Assembly: GCA_028720145.1 (NCBI GenBank)
Contig: JAQYLJ010000045.1
Coordinates: 2,283 to 66,282 of the forward strand
Direction of reading: 5' to 3'
Length of the DNA: 64,000 bases
Origin: Clostridia bacterium
GTDB taxonomy: Bacteria; Bacillota; Clostridia; Oscillospirales; CAG-272
The number at the start of each line of letters is the position of its first letter. Positions within the stretch are counted from its first letter, which is position 1. Positions 8,510 to 18,400 of this stretch are shown in pieces. The position numbers and the translations under genes are program-made. Below the pieces are notes generated by a model that had not been told where the DNA came from, did not search any database, and worked only from the letters and a program-made list of their open reading frames with translations.

Positions 8510-9169
8510 TTACTTGTTTTCAGCGGCTTTGACCGCTTTCACCACACGGCTGGTACCGAGCCGTGACGCGCCCAAATCCAAGAAGTCCTGTGCGTCTTCG
8601 AGCGAGGAGATCCCGCCCGCCGCTTTCATCTTCACGCCGGGTCCGATATGGGCGGCGAAGAGGCGAATGTCGTCTCGGGTCGCGCCCGCGGTCGAGAATC
8701 CGGTCGAGGTCTTGATGTATTCCGCGCCGCTCTCGGTGACGATTTTACACATTCTGATCTTCTCGTCGTCGGTGAGCAGACAGGTCTCGATAATCACTTT
8801 CAGAAGTTTCCCGTGGCAGGCGGCTTTCACGGCTTTGATCTCATCGAGCACCGCCGCGTCCTCTCCCGCTTTCAGCGCGCCGATATTGATGACCATATCG
8901 ATTTCATCCGCGCCGTTTTTCACCGCGTCTTCTGTCTCATAGACCTTGACCGCAGTCGTTTCATACCCGTTCGGGAATCCGATGACGGTACAGATGGCGA
9001 GCTTATCGCCCACATAGTCCTTCGCCGCCTTGACATAGCACGGCGGGATGCAGACCGACGCCGTCCCGTATTTCATCCCATCGTCACAGACCGCGCGGAT
9101 GTCCTCCCATGTCGCCGTCTGCGCGAGCAGGGTGTGGTCGCAATGCGCGAGAATATTCCGAATATCCAT
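8510..9169 (-). CDS. deoC: deoxyribose-phosphate aldolase
   Basis: HTLL, VCIPP, and the catalytic-Lys context YIKTSTGF. The start was trimmed to MDIRNIL (ATG 9169), which is preceded by AGGAGG. Confidence 0.9.
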   Translation of the reverse strand: MDIRNILAHCDHTLLAQTATWEDIRAVCDDGMKYGTASVCIPPCYVKAAKDYVGDKLAICTVIGFPNGYETTAVKVYETEDAVKNGADEIDMVINIGALKAGEDAAVLDEIKAVKAACHGKLLKVIIETCLLTDDEKIRMCKIVTESGAEYIKTSTGFSTAGATRDDIRLFAAHIGPGVKMKAAGGISSLEDAQDFLDLGASRLGTSRVVKAVKAAENK

Positions 9170-9199
9170 CTTGATGCCTCCTGAGTTTATTCCTGATTC

Positions 9200-9228
9200 A
9201 GTATAACATGAAAGCGGAAATTTATCAA
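9200..9228 (-). promoter_or_regulatory. sigma-A type promoter of deoC operon
   Basis: Minus strand reads TTGATA (9228-9223), 17 nt, TATACT (9205-9200), with TGT just upstream of the -10. Confidence 0.5.
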
Positions 9229-9237
9229 CCGTCGACA

Positions 9238-9266
9238 TAAAAATACCCCCCGAATGATTCGGGGGG
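9238..9266 (-). terminator. intrinsic terminator after gap
   Basis: Stem CCCCCCG..CGGGGGG (9246-9266), followed on the minus strand by TATTTTT. Confidence 0.7.
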
Positions 9267-9287
9267 CACTTGTGCGAACCGTATGAA

Positions 9288-10316
9288 TTACAGTTCAGCG
9301 AAATACTTGATGGTGCGAACCATCTGCGAGGTGTAGGAGTTCTCGTTATCGTACCAAGAAACCACCTGCACCTGGTAGGTGTCGTCGTCGATCTTCGTCA
9401 CCATGGTCTGGGTCGCATCAAACAGCGAGCCGTAACGCATACCGATGACATCGGAGGAGACGATCGGGTCTTCGTTGTAACCGAAGGACTCGGAAGCAGC
9501 TGCCTTCATCGCGGCGTTGATGCTGTCTTTCGTGACATCTTTGCCCTTCACGACCGCCACGAGGATGGTGGTGGAACCGGTGCAGACCGGAACGCGCTGT
9601 GCGGAACCGATCAGTCTGCCGTTCAGTTCGGGGATGACAAGCCCGATGGCTTTTGCGGCACCGGTGGAGTTCGGAACAATGTTCTGAGCGCCGGCACGCG
9701 CACGGCGGAGGTCACCCTTGCGGTGAGGACCGTCGAGGATCATCTGGTCGCCGGTGTAAGCATGAACGGTGGTCATGATGCCGGAGACGATGGGTGCATA
9801 GTCGTTGAGCGCCTTCGCCATGGGAGCGAGGCAGTTGGTGGTGCAGGAAGCGGCGGAGATGATCTGGTCATCTTTCGTCAGAGTGCCTTCGTTCACGCTG
9901 TAAACGATGGTCTTCAGATCGTTACCCGCGGGAGCGGAGATAACGACTTTCTTCGCGCCGGCGTTGATGTGCGCCATGGATTTCTCCTTGGAGCAGTAGA
10001 AACCGGTGCATTCCAGAACAACATCCACATCGAGGGCACCCCAAGGGCAGTTGTTCGCGTCTTTTTCAGCATAGATGCGGATCGCCTTTCCGTCCACGAC
10101 GATGGAATCCTCGGTCGCGGAGACGGTGTGCTTGTCTTCGCCGATCACGCCGCAGTAGGAACCCTGCGCGGTATCGTACTTGAGCAGGTGAGCGAGCATG
10201 GCGGGGTTGGTCAGGTCGTTGATGGCGACGATCTCATACCCTTTCGCGCCGAACATCTGACGGAAAGCGAGACGACCGATACGACCGAAACCGTTAATGG
10301 CAACTTTTACGGACAT
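9288..10316 (-). CDS. gap: glyceraldehyde-3-phosphate dehydrogenase
   Basis: INGFGRIGR and the active site SCTTNCLAP. The start was trimmed to MSVKVAING (ATG 10316), which has GGAGG upstream. Confidence 0.95.
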   Translation of the reverse strand: MSVKVAINGFGRIGRLAFRQMFGAKGYEIVAINDLTNPAMLAHLLKYDTAQGSYCGVIGEDKHTVSATEDSIVVDGKAIRIYAEKDANNCPWGALDVDVVLECTGFYCSKEKSMAHINAGAKKVVISAPAGNDLKTIVYSVNEGTLTKDDQIISAASCTTNCLAPMAKALNDYAPIVSGIMTTVHAYTGDQMILDGPHRKGDLRRARAGAQNIVPNSTGAAKAIGLVIPELNGRLIGSAQRVPVCTGSTTILVAVVKGKDVTKDSINAAMKAAASESFGYNEDPIVSSDVIGMRYGSLFDATQTMVTKIDDDTYQVQVVSWYDNENSYTSQMVRTIKYFAEL

Positions 10317-10357
10317 AGTGAAATCCTCCAATAGATATTTTTGTTTTCCAAGTCGTA

Positions 10358-10386
10358 ATTATAACACAATCATTCTGTTTTGACAA
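10358..10386 (-). promoter_or_regulatory. sigma-A type promoter of gap
   Basis: Minus strand reads TTGTCA (10386-10381), 17 nt, TATAAT (10363-10358), with a TGT extended -10. Confidence 0.6.
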
Positions 10387-10403
10387 GGGCTATCACGGTT
10401 TTT

Positions 10404-11423
10404 TTACTTTTTTGTCGCGGAGTCGTCTTCTTCCCCGCTTTGGGCGGGGGTCTCCGCGGGGGCAGAGCCGGAGGCGGCAGAGGCGCGGCGGGCACGGCGT
10501 TTCTCCTCCCAGCCGTCGGTCAGGCGGATGAGTGGTGCGAAAGTGAGCGGCCAAAGGAGCGCCGCTACGAGAATCAAGAGGAAATAGCGGACACCCCCGC
10601 CCGCAATCTCGCCGAAGAGTGCGTTCAAGGGGTATTTTAACCCGGCTTTGAGACCGACGCACAGAAGCGCGCCGACAGCGACCTTAAAAATCTGCAAGTA
10701 CCAGACGCCGCGCGTCTCAAAACGGACAAACTTTCTCTCGACGAAATAGGCGATGAGAAGCCCCACCGACGCACCCAGCAGTTTCGCGAGGTTCTCTCGT
10801 CCCGAGGCGAGGTTCACGGGGTCGATATCGGCGGGAAAGCGGAACAGGAGCGAAAACAGAAGTGCGCCGAAGGTGAGCAGAATCCCGACCGAGAACAGGA
10901 TCGCCGTGACGAGCGTCTCATGCGTTTTGCGGTGCATAAGCGGATACAGCCCGAAAACGAGCAGAAGCGCGACGAGCACCGAGACCGAGACATCGAGCGG
11001 CGTATGTACGCCGAGATAAAGACGAGAAAACGGGACAATCACCGCGAGTGAGATGGCGACAACACGCACCCATCTGCGGCGGAACGAGAGCGAGACCGCG
11101 CCGTAGGTCCCCACGGCATTCTGCGTGTGCCCGCTCGGGAATGAATACCCCGTCGCCTCGGCGCGGGCACTCTCGACGATGGTGAAGTCGGGGTCCAGCA
11201 CCCACGGGCGCGGGATGCGAAAAATGAGTTTCAGCGTCTGATTCACGACCGTGCCGAAGAAGCCGACCGCCATCAGATAATACCCTTCCCGTTTGCTGAC
11301 GCACCAAAAGAGGGTGACGGCAAGCAAAAGGAAAATCATTTCTTCTCCAAAATGCGTGAAAAACGAGAAGACCGCGTCGAGAAACGGATTCCGCAGAGAT
11401 TCCAACCAATATAAGAAGTTCAT
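10404..11423 (-). CDS. PAP2-family (type 2 phosphatidic acid / undecaprenyl-PP) phosphatase with extra C-terminal TM region
   Basis: PAP2 motifs KLIFRIPRP, PSGH and SRLYLGVHTPLD. The start was trimmed to MNFLYWLESL. Confidence 0.8.
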   Translation of the reverse strand: MNFLYWLESLRNPFLDAVFSFFTHFGEEMIFLLLAVTLFWCVSKREGYYLMAVGFFGTVVNQTLKLIFRIPRPWVLDPDFTIVESARAEATGYSFPSGHTQNAVGTYGAVSLSFRRRWVRVVAISLAVIVPFSRLYLGVHTPLDVSVSVLVALLLVFGLYPLMHRKTHETLVTAILFSVGILLTFGALLFSLLFRFPADIDPVNLASGRENLAKLLGASVGLLIAYFVERKFVRFETRGVWYLQIFKVAVGALLCVGLKAGLKYPLNALFGEIAGGGVRYFLLILVAALLWPLTFAPLIRLTDGWEEKRRARRASAASGSAPAETPAQSGEEDDSATKK

Positions 11424-11465
11424 ACAGCACTCTTTTCCTGACAATCTGTCCCTATGATACACGAT

Positions 11466-11499
11466 TCCAAAAGGAAAAGCAACCCCGAGACGGGGTTGC
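11466..11499 (-). terminator. intrinsic terminator after SNF transporter
   Basis: GCAACCCCG-loop-CGGGGTTGC (11479-11499), followed on the minus strand by TTTTCCTTTTGG. Confidence 0.65.
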
Positions 11500-11601
11500 G
11501 GAAAGGAGAAAACGCGCAGCGCGGCGGCGGAGCGGCGCGAGTGCGGGGGCGGAGTGGTGTGCGGAGCGCGGGAAAAAGGGATGGTAAGGGGCAGTTCCCC
11601 G

Positions 11602-13146
11602 TCAATCGTTGTCTTCGGCTATCCTATTCGAAAGAGAGGGCTCCGCTCTCCCAAAGCGACGCACGAAATACGGAAAGAACAGGCAGGCGAAGAGCATCAG
11701 AACAGGCAGACTCCATCCGAAGAGCAGGTTTGCCGCAAGCGAATACCCGCTCTCGCCGCCCCAAATCCCGCCGCTCCGAATGAGACCCGTCAGATTCCAG
11801 CCGAAGAAGAGCAGGAGCAGGAGCGGCGCCAGCACCTTGAGCGAGGTGAGGAACCACCACCGTGGCATCTTTGCCCGCCCGGTATTGCGGTTGACCTCCC
11901 AAAGGATATAGCGGGTCGGGAAAAACCAGCCGATCGCCGCGGTTTCGAGAAAACCGACGAAAATCAGGTTTAGCGCATTGAGATAGTGGTCGGTGAGATC
12001 GACTAGTGCCTCGCCCGAGCCGCCGATATAGAGGAGCGATAGTACCGCCGCCGCGAGCGTGACGAAAAAGGTGGTGCGTCTCTTATCCCAGAGAAATCTG
12101 TCGGAGAGCGAGACGGCGACCCCCTCGACCATGGAGAACGCCGAGTCGATGGCGAGGGTGCAGAGCGAGAGGTAGAACAGGGCGGCGAAGAGCGCGTTGA
12201 GCACCCCCGAGCCCGAGAGATGGACGATGGCGGTCGGGTAGACGAGGAACGCCGTCCGCACGCCCGAGCCGGTGAGGTCCGCCGCGGTCATGCCCGTCCC
12301 GTACAGGGTGGAAAACAGCACCACGCCCGCGAGCAGACTGACGGCGAAGTCGGAGACCGTGATGATGAGGGCATCCGCCGCGACATTCGCCCCGTCGTCA
12401 AGGAGCGACCCGTAGGCGAACATGACCGCCATCATGACCGAGAGTGAATAGAACACCTGTCCGACCGCGTCAATCCAAAGTCCGAGGTCGAGAAACGCCC
12501 TGAAATCGGGGATGAAGAATGCTTTGACCCCTGCCCAAGCGCCCGGGAGAAACAAACTCCGCACCGCGAGGATAGCGAGCGCTACGACGGGAAAAAACAC
12601 CGTCACTTTCACGACCTTCCCCATACTGTTTGTTCCGTTCCGTATCGAGCAGTAGATGAGAATCCACGCGACGAGAAGAGCAATCAGCACCGGGACCGAG
12701 ATGGGCGTGAACCCTGCGGTCGTCCCGGTCGAGCGGGTGATGCTCTGAAACACCCCTGCCGCGGCTTCCCCGTCCCCCGTCATGGCGGCGAACCGATAGG
12801 AAAAGACGGTCATCAGAATGACCCAAGCAAAAATGACGGCATAATAGACCGAGACGATAAACGCATTCGCCGTCTCCGCCCAGCCGATTCCCTCGGCGCG
12901 CGGATGAATCCCCCGCATCGCGCCCGCGGCACCGTGCCGCGTCCTACGCCCGACGGCGACCTCCGCCATGAGAATCGGCGCGCCTACTGCGAGCAAAAGC
13001 ACAAAATACGCGAAGAGGAACGCGCCGCCGCCGTGTTTCGCGGCGAGCCCGGGGAATCGCCACGCGTTCCCGAGACCGACCGCCGACCCGATCGCCGCCA
13101 GAATAAACGAAGTCCGCGATGCCCATCTCTCGCGCGTCCTGTTCAT
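11602..13146 (-). CDS. sodium-dependent transporter, SNF (neurotransmitter:sodium symporter) family
   Basis: RERWASRTSFILAAIGSAVGLGNAWRFP is the NSS signature. The protein is polytopic. The start was trimmed to MNRTRERW (ATG 13146), which has GGGAGTGGG upstream. Confidence 0.88.
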   Translation of the reverse strand: MNRTRERWASRTSFILAAIGSAVGLGNAWRFPGLAAKHGGGAFLFAYFVLLLAVGAPILMAEVAVGRRTRHGAAGAMRGIHPRAEGIGWAETANAFIVSVYYAVIFAWVILMTVFSYRFAAMTGDGEAAAGVFQSITRSTGTTAGFTPISVPVLIALLVAWILIYCSIRNGTNSMGKVVKVTVFFPVVALAILAVRSLFLPGAWAGVKAFFIPDFRAFLDLGLWIDAVGQVFYSLSVMMAVMFAYGSLLDDGANVAADALIITVSDFAVSLLAGVVLFSTLYGTGMTAADLTGSGVRTAFLVYPTAIVHLSGSGVLNALFAALFYLSLCTLAIDSAFSMVEGVAVSLSDRFLWDKRRTTFFVTLAAAVLSLLYIGGSGEALVDLTDHYLNALNLIFVGFLETAAIGWFFPTRYILWEVNRNTGRAKMPRWWFLTSLKVLAPLLLLLFFGWNLTGLIRSGGIWGGESGYSLAANLLFGWSLPVLMLFACLFFPYFVRRFGRAEPSLSNRIAEDND

Positions 13147-13203
13147 AGTCCCACTCCCAATCGCTTTTCTTACAGTTTTCCGCCAAGAGCAGTCTCTTAT
13201 ACG

Positions 13204-13233
13204 AAAAAATCGGGCGCCCAAAAGGACGCCCGA
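13204..13233 (-). terminator. intrinsic terminator (end of ABC operon, or attenuator ahead of the SNF gene)
   Basis: Minus strand reads TCGGGCGTCC-TTTT-GGGCGCCCGA followed by TTTTTT. It lies 175 nt after the permease stop and 58 nt before the SNF ATG. Confidence 0.7.
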
Positions 13234-13408
13234 CTATGGGAGAAATACATTTTGTGAGGAGCGTTGCGTGCGGATGGGGTGCGGTAAACACACGGACAGA
13301 GCGTGCAAAACGCGAAACGAGGCGCGGTAGACGCGCAAACGGAGCGCGACGAGCACGCGGATGAGAGGGCGGCAACTCACGCGAGCGCCGCTCTCCCCAA
13401 AAGCCGTC

Positions 13409-14467
13409 TTAACCGACCAGCCCGGAGCGCTCGATCCCCTGCACGAGGTATCTCTGACCGAACAGGTAGACCAGAATCAAGGGAGCAATCACCATCATGC
13501 CCGCGGTATTAAAGATCGCGTTCTGATAGAGACTCTTCCCTGCGCCGGAGACTTCCAAACTCGGAGGTATCTGGCTCCAGAATCGACTGCTCGCCAAGGT
13601 GACGGGCGCATTCGACCCTTGCAGGAAGATGCCGGTATAGAGTTCATCCGTCCACTGCCAGCTGAACGCGAACAGGAAGATGGTAATCATCATCGGCACC
13701 GACAGCGGCAGAATGATCTGAATGAAGGTGCGGAACGCGCCCGAGCCGTCCACATAGGCGGACTCTTCGAGTTCGTCCGGAACCCCTTTGAAGAACTGAA
13801 TCATCATGAAGATATACAGTCCGTTCTTAAACCCGCAGCCGATGAGCGACAGGATCGCAAACGGGAAGAAGGTGCCGTTCAACGCGGCGGGCGAGCCGGT
13901 GATGAGTTCGATAATCCCGCGATAACCCGCCGCCTGAACAGTCAGGAAATCGAACGAGTCGAAATGCTGCTTGATGGCGAGACGCAGGGTATCCGGCGGA
14001 AGCACCATCGTCAGAATCACGAGGAACATGAGCAGCTTTCTGCCGCGGAATTTGAACTTCGAGATACCGTACCCGATCATACAGCAGATGAATGTCTGAA
14101 TAACCGCGCACATGAGCGAGAGGAAGAAGGTGTTTCTCATCGCCGTCCAATAGTGGTTCTCGACCGTAATGAACTTATAGATCTCCCCGGTCCAATGCTT
14201 CGGGATCAGACTGACCGTGGGGTCGACGAAATCCTCGAAGGTCATGAAGGACTGCAAAATGCGAGAGAAGAACGGATACAGAATCACATAGGAGATGCCC
14301 AGCATGATGATGAACCGGAATACATACCAAACCTTATCGATCCAGAACGAAGCGGTTTTCAGTTTTAATTGCAGGCGTTTCCCGGAAGAGGTTTTCCCCT
14401 CGTAATCCACACGAATCTTCTTCTTCGTGTTTTTCAGCAGTTTGGGAGCAGTAGATTGTTGTTCCAT
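13409..14467 (-). CDS. ABC transporter permease (MalG-like, divergent; pair B)
   Basis: EAA-loop region FFKGVPDELEESAYVDGSGAFRTFIQIILPLS, six hydrophobic spans, GGAGG RBS. Confidence 0.85.
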   Translation of the reverse strand: MEQQSTAPKLLKNTKKKIRVDYEGKTSSGKRLQLKLKTASFWIDKVWYVFRFIIMLGISYVILYPFFSRILQSFMTFEDFVDPTVSLIPKHWTGEIYKFITVENHYWTAMRNTFFLSLMCAVIQTFICCMIGYGISKFKFRGRKLLMFLVILTMVLPPDTLRLAIKQHFDSFDFLTVQAAGYRGIIELITGSPAALNGTFFPFAILSLIGCGFKNGLYIFMMIQFFKGVPDELEESAYVDGSGAFRTFIQIILPLSVPMMITIFLFAFSWQWTDELYTGIFLQGSNAPVTLASSRFWSQIPPSLEVSGAGKSLYQNAIFNTAGMMVIAPLILVYLFGQRYLVQGIERSGLVG

Positions 14468-14479
14468 TTTCTTTCCTCC

Positions 14480-15451
14480 TTAATCCCGCTTTTGATAGAA
14501 CACGAAGAGCGATGCGATGCCGGCGAATGCGGCAATCACAAGCAGAATCATCGCGAAGTACATCCACGCCTGTGCGTTACCGATGGCTCGTGTCGCCGGT
14601 GTAATGCTGTTCAGGTTGTTGTTGATGTACGACATGACGATATTATCCGACTTGGTGAACGAGTCGATGATGGTGTAGATCCCGTTGACGAGAATCATCG
14701 GACTGATCATGGGGAAGGTGATCTTCCAGAAGGTCTCCCAGCTGGTCGCGCCTTCGATCTGGCACGCCTCATAAATCGAGGGAGAGATGGATTGAAGTCC
14801 TGCAAGGAAAATGAGCATCTGAACCCCGGAATAGTTGACGATATCGTAGACGCGGTTGACCAGTCCCACGACGATCTCGACGAGTCCCGAGCCGACCTCC
14901 ATGGAGGAGAACAGCGCCTCGGCGTCCATCAGACTGATGAGACCCCCTTCGCTGTCGCCCGAACCGTCATCGATGCCGGCACCGCCGGACAGAGCGTCCT
15001 GCGCGTTGATGGAATCCATAAGCCCTGTCGCGAGAATGACGGGGATGAAGAAGATCGCGCGGAACGCGGCGCGCCCAACCATCTTTTGATTCAGAATCAC
15101 CGCGATGAACAGGGAGAAAATCAAAATGGTCGGCACATTGATGAGCAGCTGTTCAAACCCCTGCAACAGGGTCTTCCAAAATTCCTGCGTCATGGCTTTC
15201 TGATAGGCGGTGATGCCGTAGAACTCGGTGGTTCTGACCCCGTCGAGCCGCTGCACAAACAGGAAACTGAAACAGAACGAGTCGATGATGATGGGGAGAT
15301 AGATGAGAAGCATCCCGAGGGCGAACGGCAGAACAAAGAGCCAGCCGGTCCGCGCCTTTCTCTCGGTCAAAGTCGACTTCCGAAGGAGAGGAATCTTGGT
15401 ATGACGGCGATCGACATGCCATTTGTCGGCAAGTTTATCCATAACACTCAT
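14480..15451 (-). CDS. ABC transporter permease (MalF-like, divergent; pair B)
   Basis: SISPSIYEACQIEGATSWETFWKITFPMISP is an EAA motif. Polytopic. AAGGAGAG RBS. Confidence 0.85.
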   Translation of the reverse strand: MSVMDKLADKWHVDRRHTKIPLLRKSTLTERKARTGWLFVLPFALGMLLIYLPIIIDSFCFSFLFVQRLDGVRTTEFYGITAYQKAMTQEFWKTLLQGFEQLLINVPTILIFSLFIAVILNQKMVGRAAFRAIFFIPVILATGLMDSINAQDALSGGAGIDDGSGDSEGGLISLMDAEALFSSMEVGSGLVEIVVGLVNRVYDIVNYSGVQMLIFLAGLQSISPSIYEACQIEGATSWETFWKITFPMISPMILVNGIYTIIDSFTKSDNIVMSYINNNLNSITPATRAIGNAQAWMYFAMILLVIAAFAGIASLFVFYQKRD

Positions 15452-15467
15452 TGTTTTCTCTCCTTTC

Positions 15468-18400
15468 TTAACCGAGTCTCACAAAGCCGTACTTTGCGAG
15501 CGAATAGACCTCGCCGTCCAGTCTGACGGTGACAGCGAAGATGTTGAAGTTGAGTAAGAACCGCACGGTGTTCACACCGTCGGAGTAGGTGACGATGACG
15601 ACGGAATGGTCGTTCACCGTAGAGGTGGTCGCCTTGTAATTCGTATCGAGCGCATCCGAGAGGGTGAAGTACCGATAGTCGGAGGTGTAGGAGACATCGG
15701 TCACCCGCACGATCTTATCGGCGGTCTCCTGCGTATTCTCGGCGATGAACGCGCGGATACGCGCTTCAAAGTCCTCTCGCAGCGTATCGGAATAGACCGC
15801 CCTCTTCGCTGCGGCGAGGATGGCGTCGGTATCGAAGGACACGCCGATGGTCTTCCCGTACTCGGCAATCAGTTTGCTCTCGTCGGTGGCACTCGTATTC
15901 ACCGCATCGACGATCTTCCCCCACTTCGCCGCAATGTCCTCACCCGTGTAGTCGCTCTCGGGTCCGAGGACGGCGCGGAGGGTGGGCGTATCCTGACGGT
16001 CAAGGATGAAGGTACGGATTTTCGTACGGATGGGATACAGAGTATCGAACGCAGCGTTCGTCCAGTCGATGCCGTTCTCGTTCGCAAAGGCGATCAGGTC
16101 GCGGATAAACGCTTTCTCTTCCTCTACCGCCTGTTCGGTCGCGCACGCGAGCTGCGTGAGAAATTCTTCTTCCAAAGTCGTGAGGGCAAGTTCGACTTCC
16201 TCATCGAGTTGCACACGCTCTGCGGCAAGTCCGCGATGGTCGATAATCCGATACCCCTGCAAGTCGCCGATGGTTTCGTTCAGCTTCTGATAGAAGGTGA
16301 CAAGCGAATTTTTCTCGATCTCGTAGTTGACCGAATAGTAGTCGCTCGCATGGGTGTCTTTCAGCAACTGCGTATTCTGATAAGAGAGCAGATAGTAGAG
16401 CGATGCGCCCGATTCGATGGCACGGAGGAACGCCTCGGTCTTATCCGCCTCTTCGTTGAACGGCTGTCCCGCGTATTGCAGGAATCCGTGGGCGACCATA
16501 CCCCAGAACGGAACCGTGTAGGACTCCGCGTTGAAGTGCGACGAGTCGGTCGGCGCTTCGAGCAGGTAGTCCATATAGCGGAACGCGTACATATTCCCGC
16601 CGGTACTCATCATGCTTGTGTACCCGGACTCGCGCACGCCTGCGAGGAACGCGCAGATGTTTTCGAGAGACGTCTCGCGGTCGATGAAGTTCTCCTCATC
16701 GAAGTTCGACGATAGCTCGGCGGCGAATCCGTCGAGAGAGATGGACCCGATATCGTACTTCTTGTACTTTTTCAGCATCTTCCCGAAGAGTTCGTCAAGC
16801 TTGTCGCTCGAAACCACGATGCCGCCCTCTTTCACATATTCCTGATAGACGGTGACATACTCCTGATGCCAAGCATAGCGGTTATCCACACTGCGGGCAC
16901 CGATGTCTTTGAGCTTGATATTCGAGCTGTTTCTGACATACAGGTACTCAAAATTCGGGAACACTTCGAGACCCGTGTCTTCGGCGTTCACATAGGCAAG
17001 CAGTTTCTTGAATCCGCTCTTGCCGCCTGCGGCGTTCTCCCATTTGAGGCGCACGGGATATTCCATCTGCGTGAATCCGCCGTTCGCGAACCCGGTCAGA
17101 CGGAACTTAATGTTGGTGATGTTTTTCCCTTTGAGTTCCTCATACATGGTACGGATATCCTCAAAGGTGGTCAGAGGTTTATCCGCCGTATAGGGGATCG
17201 AGAGGAACTTCTCGGTCGTCTGGATGACACCGAAGGACTCAATGTAGAGCGGAAGGTCGTTTTTGAGGTTGGTAAGTGCCGTAAAGACACCCTCGTCTAC
17301 AAGGTACTGTTGATACAGGTTCGCCATCCCGGAATAGGTGGTATCATAAGTCCCGTTCAGTCCTTTTGCCGACGCGAGGTCGGGATCGGTTAAAAACAGA
17401 TAGCGAATCGAATAGTCCCCTTCGTACTTCCCTTTCGCTTGAATGTAGAACGAGGAGGATTCCGCGCCCGTCATGACATCCGCCAGGTTGTACTTGTCGT
17501 TCGGCTGCGGCACATACTCCGCGTAGACCGAAGTATAGGGTTTCGTGTTGTTACCCGATTCATTGACCCGGGCATTGATATTCGCGAGGGATGCGCCCTC
17601 TTCGAGGACTGCGAGATAGCCCGTCTGATGGCTCTCTGTAATCCCGAAGAACTCTTCGGAGATGACCATGGGGTTCTCGATCTGCGTCGTCTTTCCGTTC
17701 ACGGTCAGATACGAAGTCGCGGTATTCCCGGTCACCACACAAGTGACATTTCCGTAATAATACTTGTTATCCGAGGCACTCGCCTGCTTATCTGTCGAGA
17801 ACTCAAAACCCGCTCTCTCGAGGGTGGTACCGGTGACGCTGTGCGTCCCGAGGAGATACTGTACCGGACGGGTCTCCCCCCGCGGGTAATTCGCGACGAT
17901 CTGTTTTGCCTTATCGTCATAGGAATAGGTGATGGTGTAGGAGCCGGTGCGGTAGTGTTTCTCGTTCACAGAGACACGCGCATCCGTCTCGTACGGGTCA
18001 ACCATGTAATAGGTGGTGGTATTCTTTACCGTCCCGAAGACAGGGAGAGCGATGGTCTGCTGATGCTTCCCGGAGATGGAATAGTAGGCGTAATCCTGTC
18101 CGTAGACCTTCCCGCTGACGCTCGACATCCGCGTCCGGAAATCGTTAAAGTCGATCACCGCGCCCGAGCCGTCGGGATAGAAGATGAATCCGCCTTCCAG
18201 CACCTTACCGGACCCGAAATACGGAAGTACATCGATGTATTCCACCGCGTACTCACTCTCGTCGAACACGATCCCGCGCGCGGGCATGGTGACGGTGAGT
18301 CCTTTTTCATCCAGCACATACTCGAGAGCAACACGGAAGATGGCGTTGTTCGCGGCAGGCATGGCGATGCCGACCTCCGCTTCCAGCTCATTCATCAGTG

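Noticed and set aside
9270-10334. 354-aa plus-strand ORF
   Set aside because: It is an exact antisense shadow of gap, whose minus strand carries INGFGRIGR and SCTTNC.
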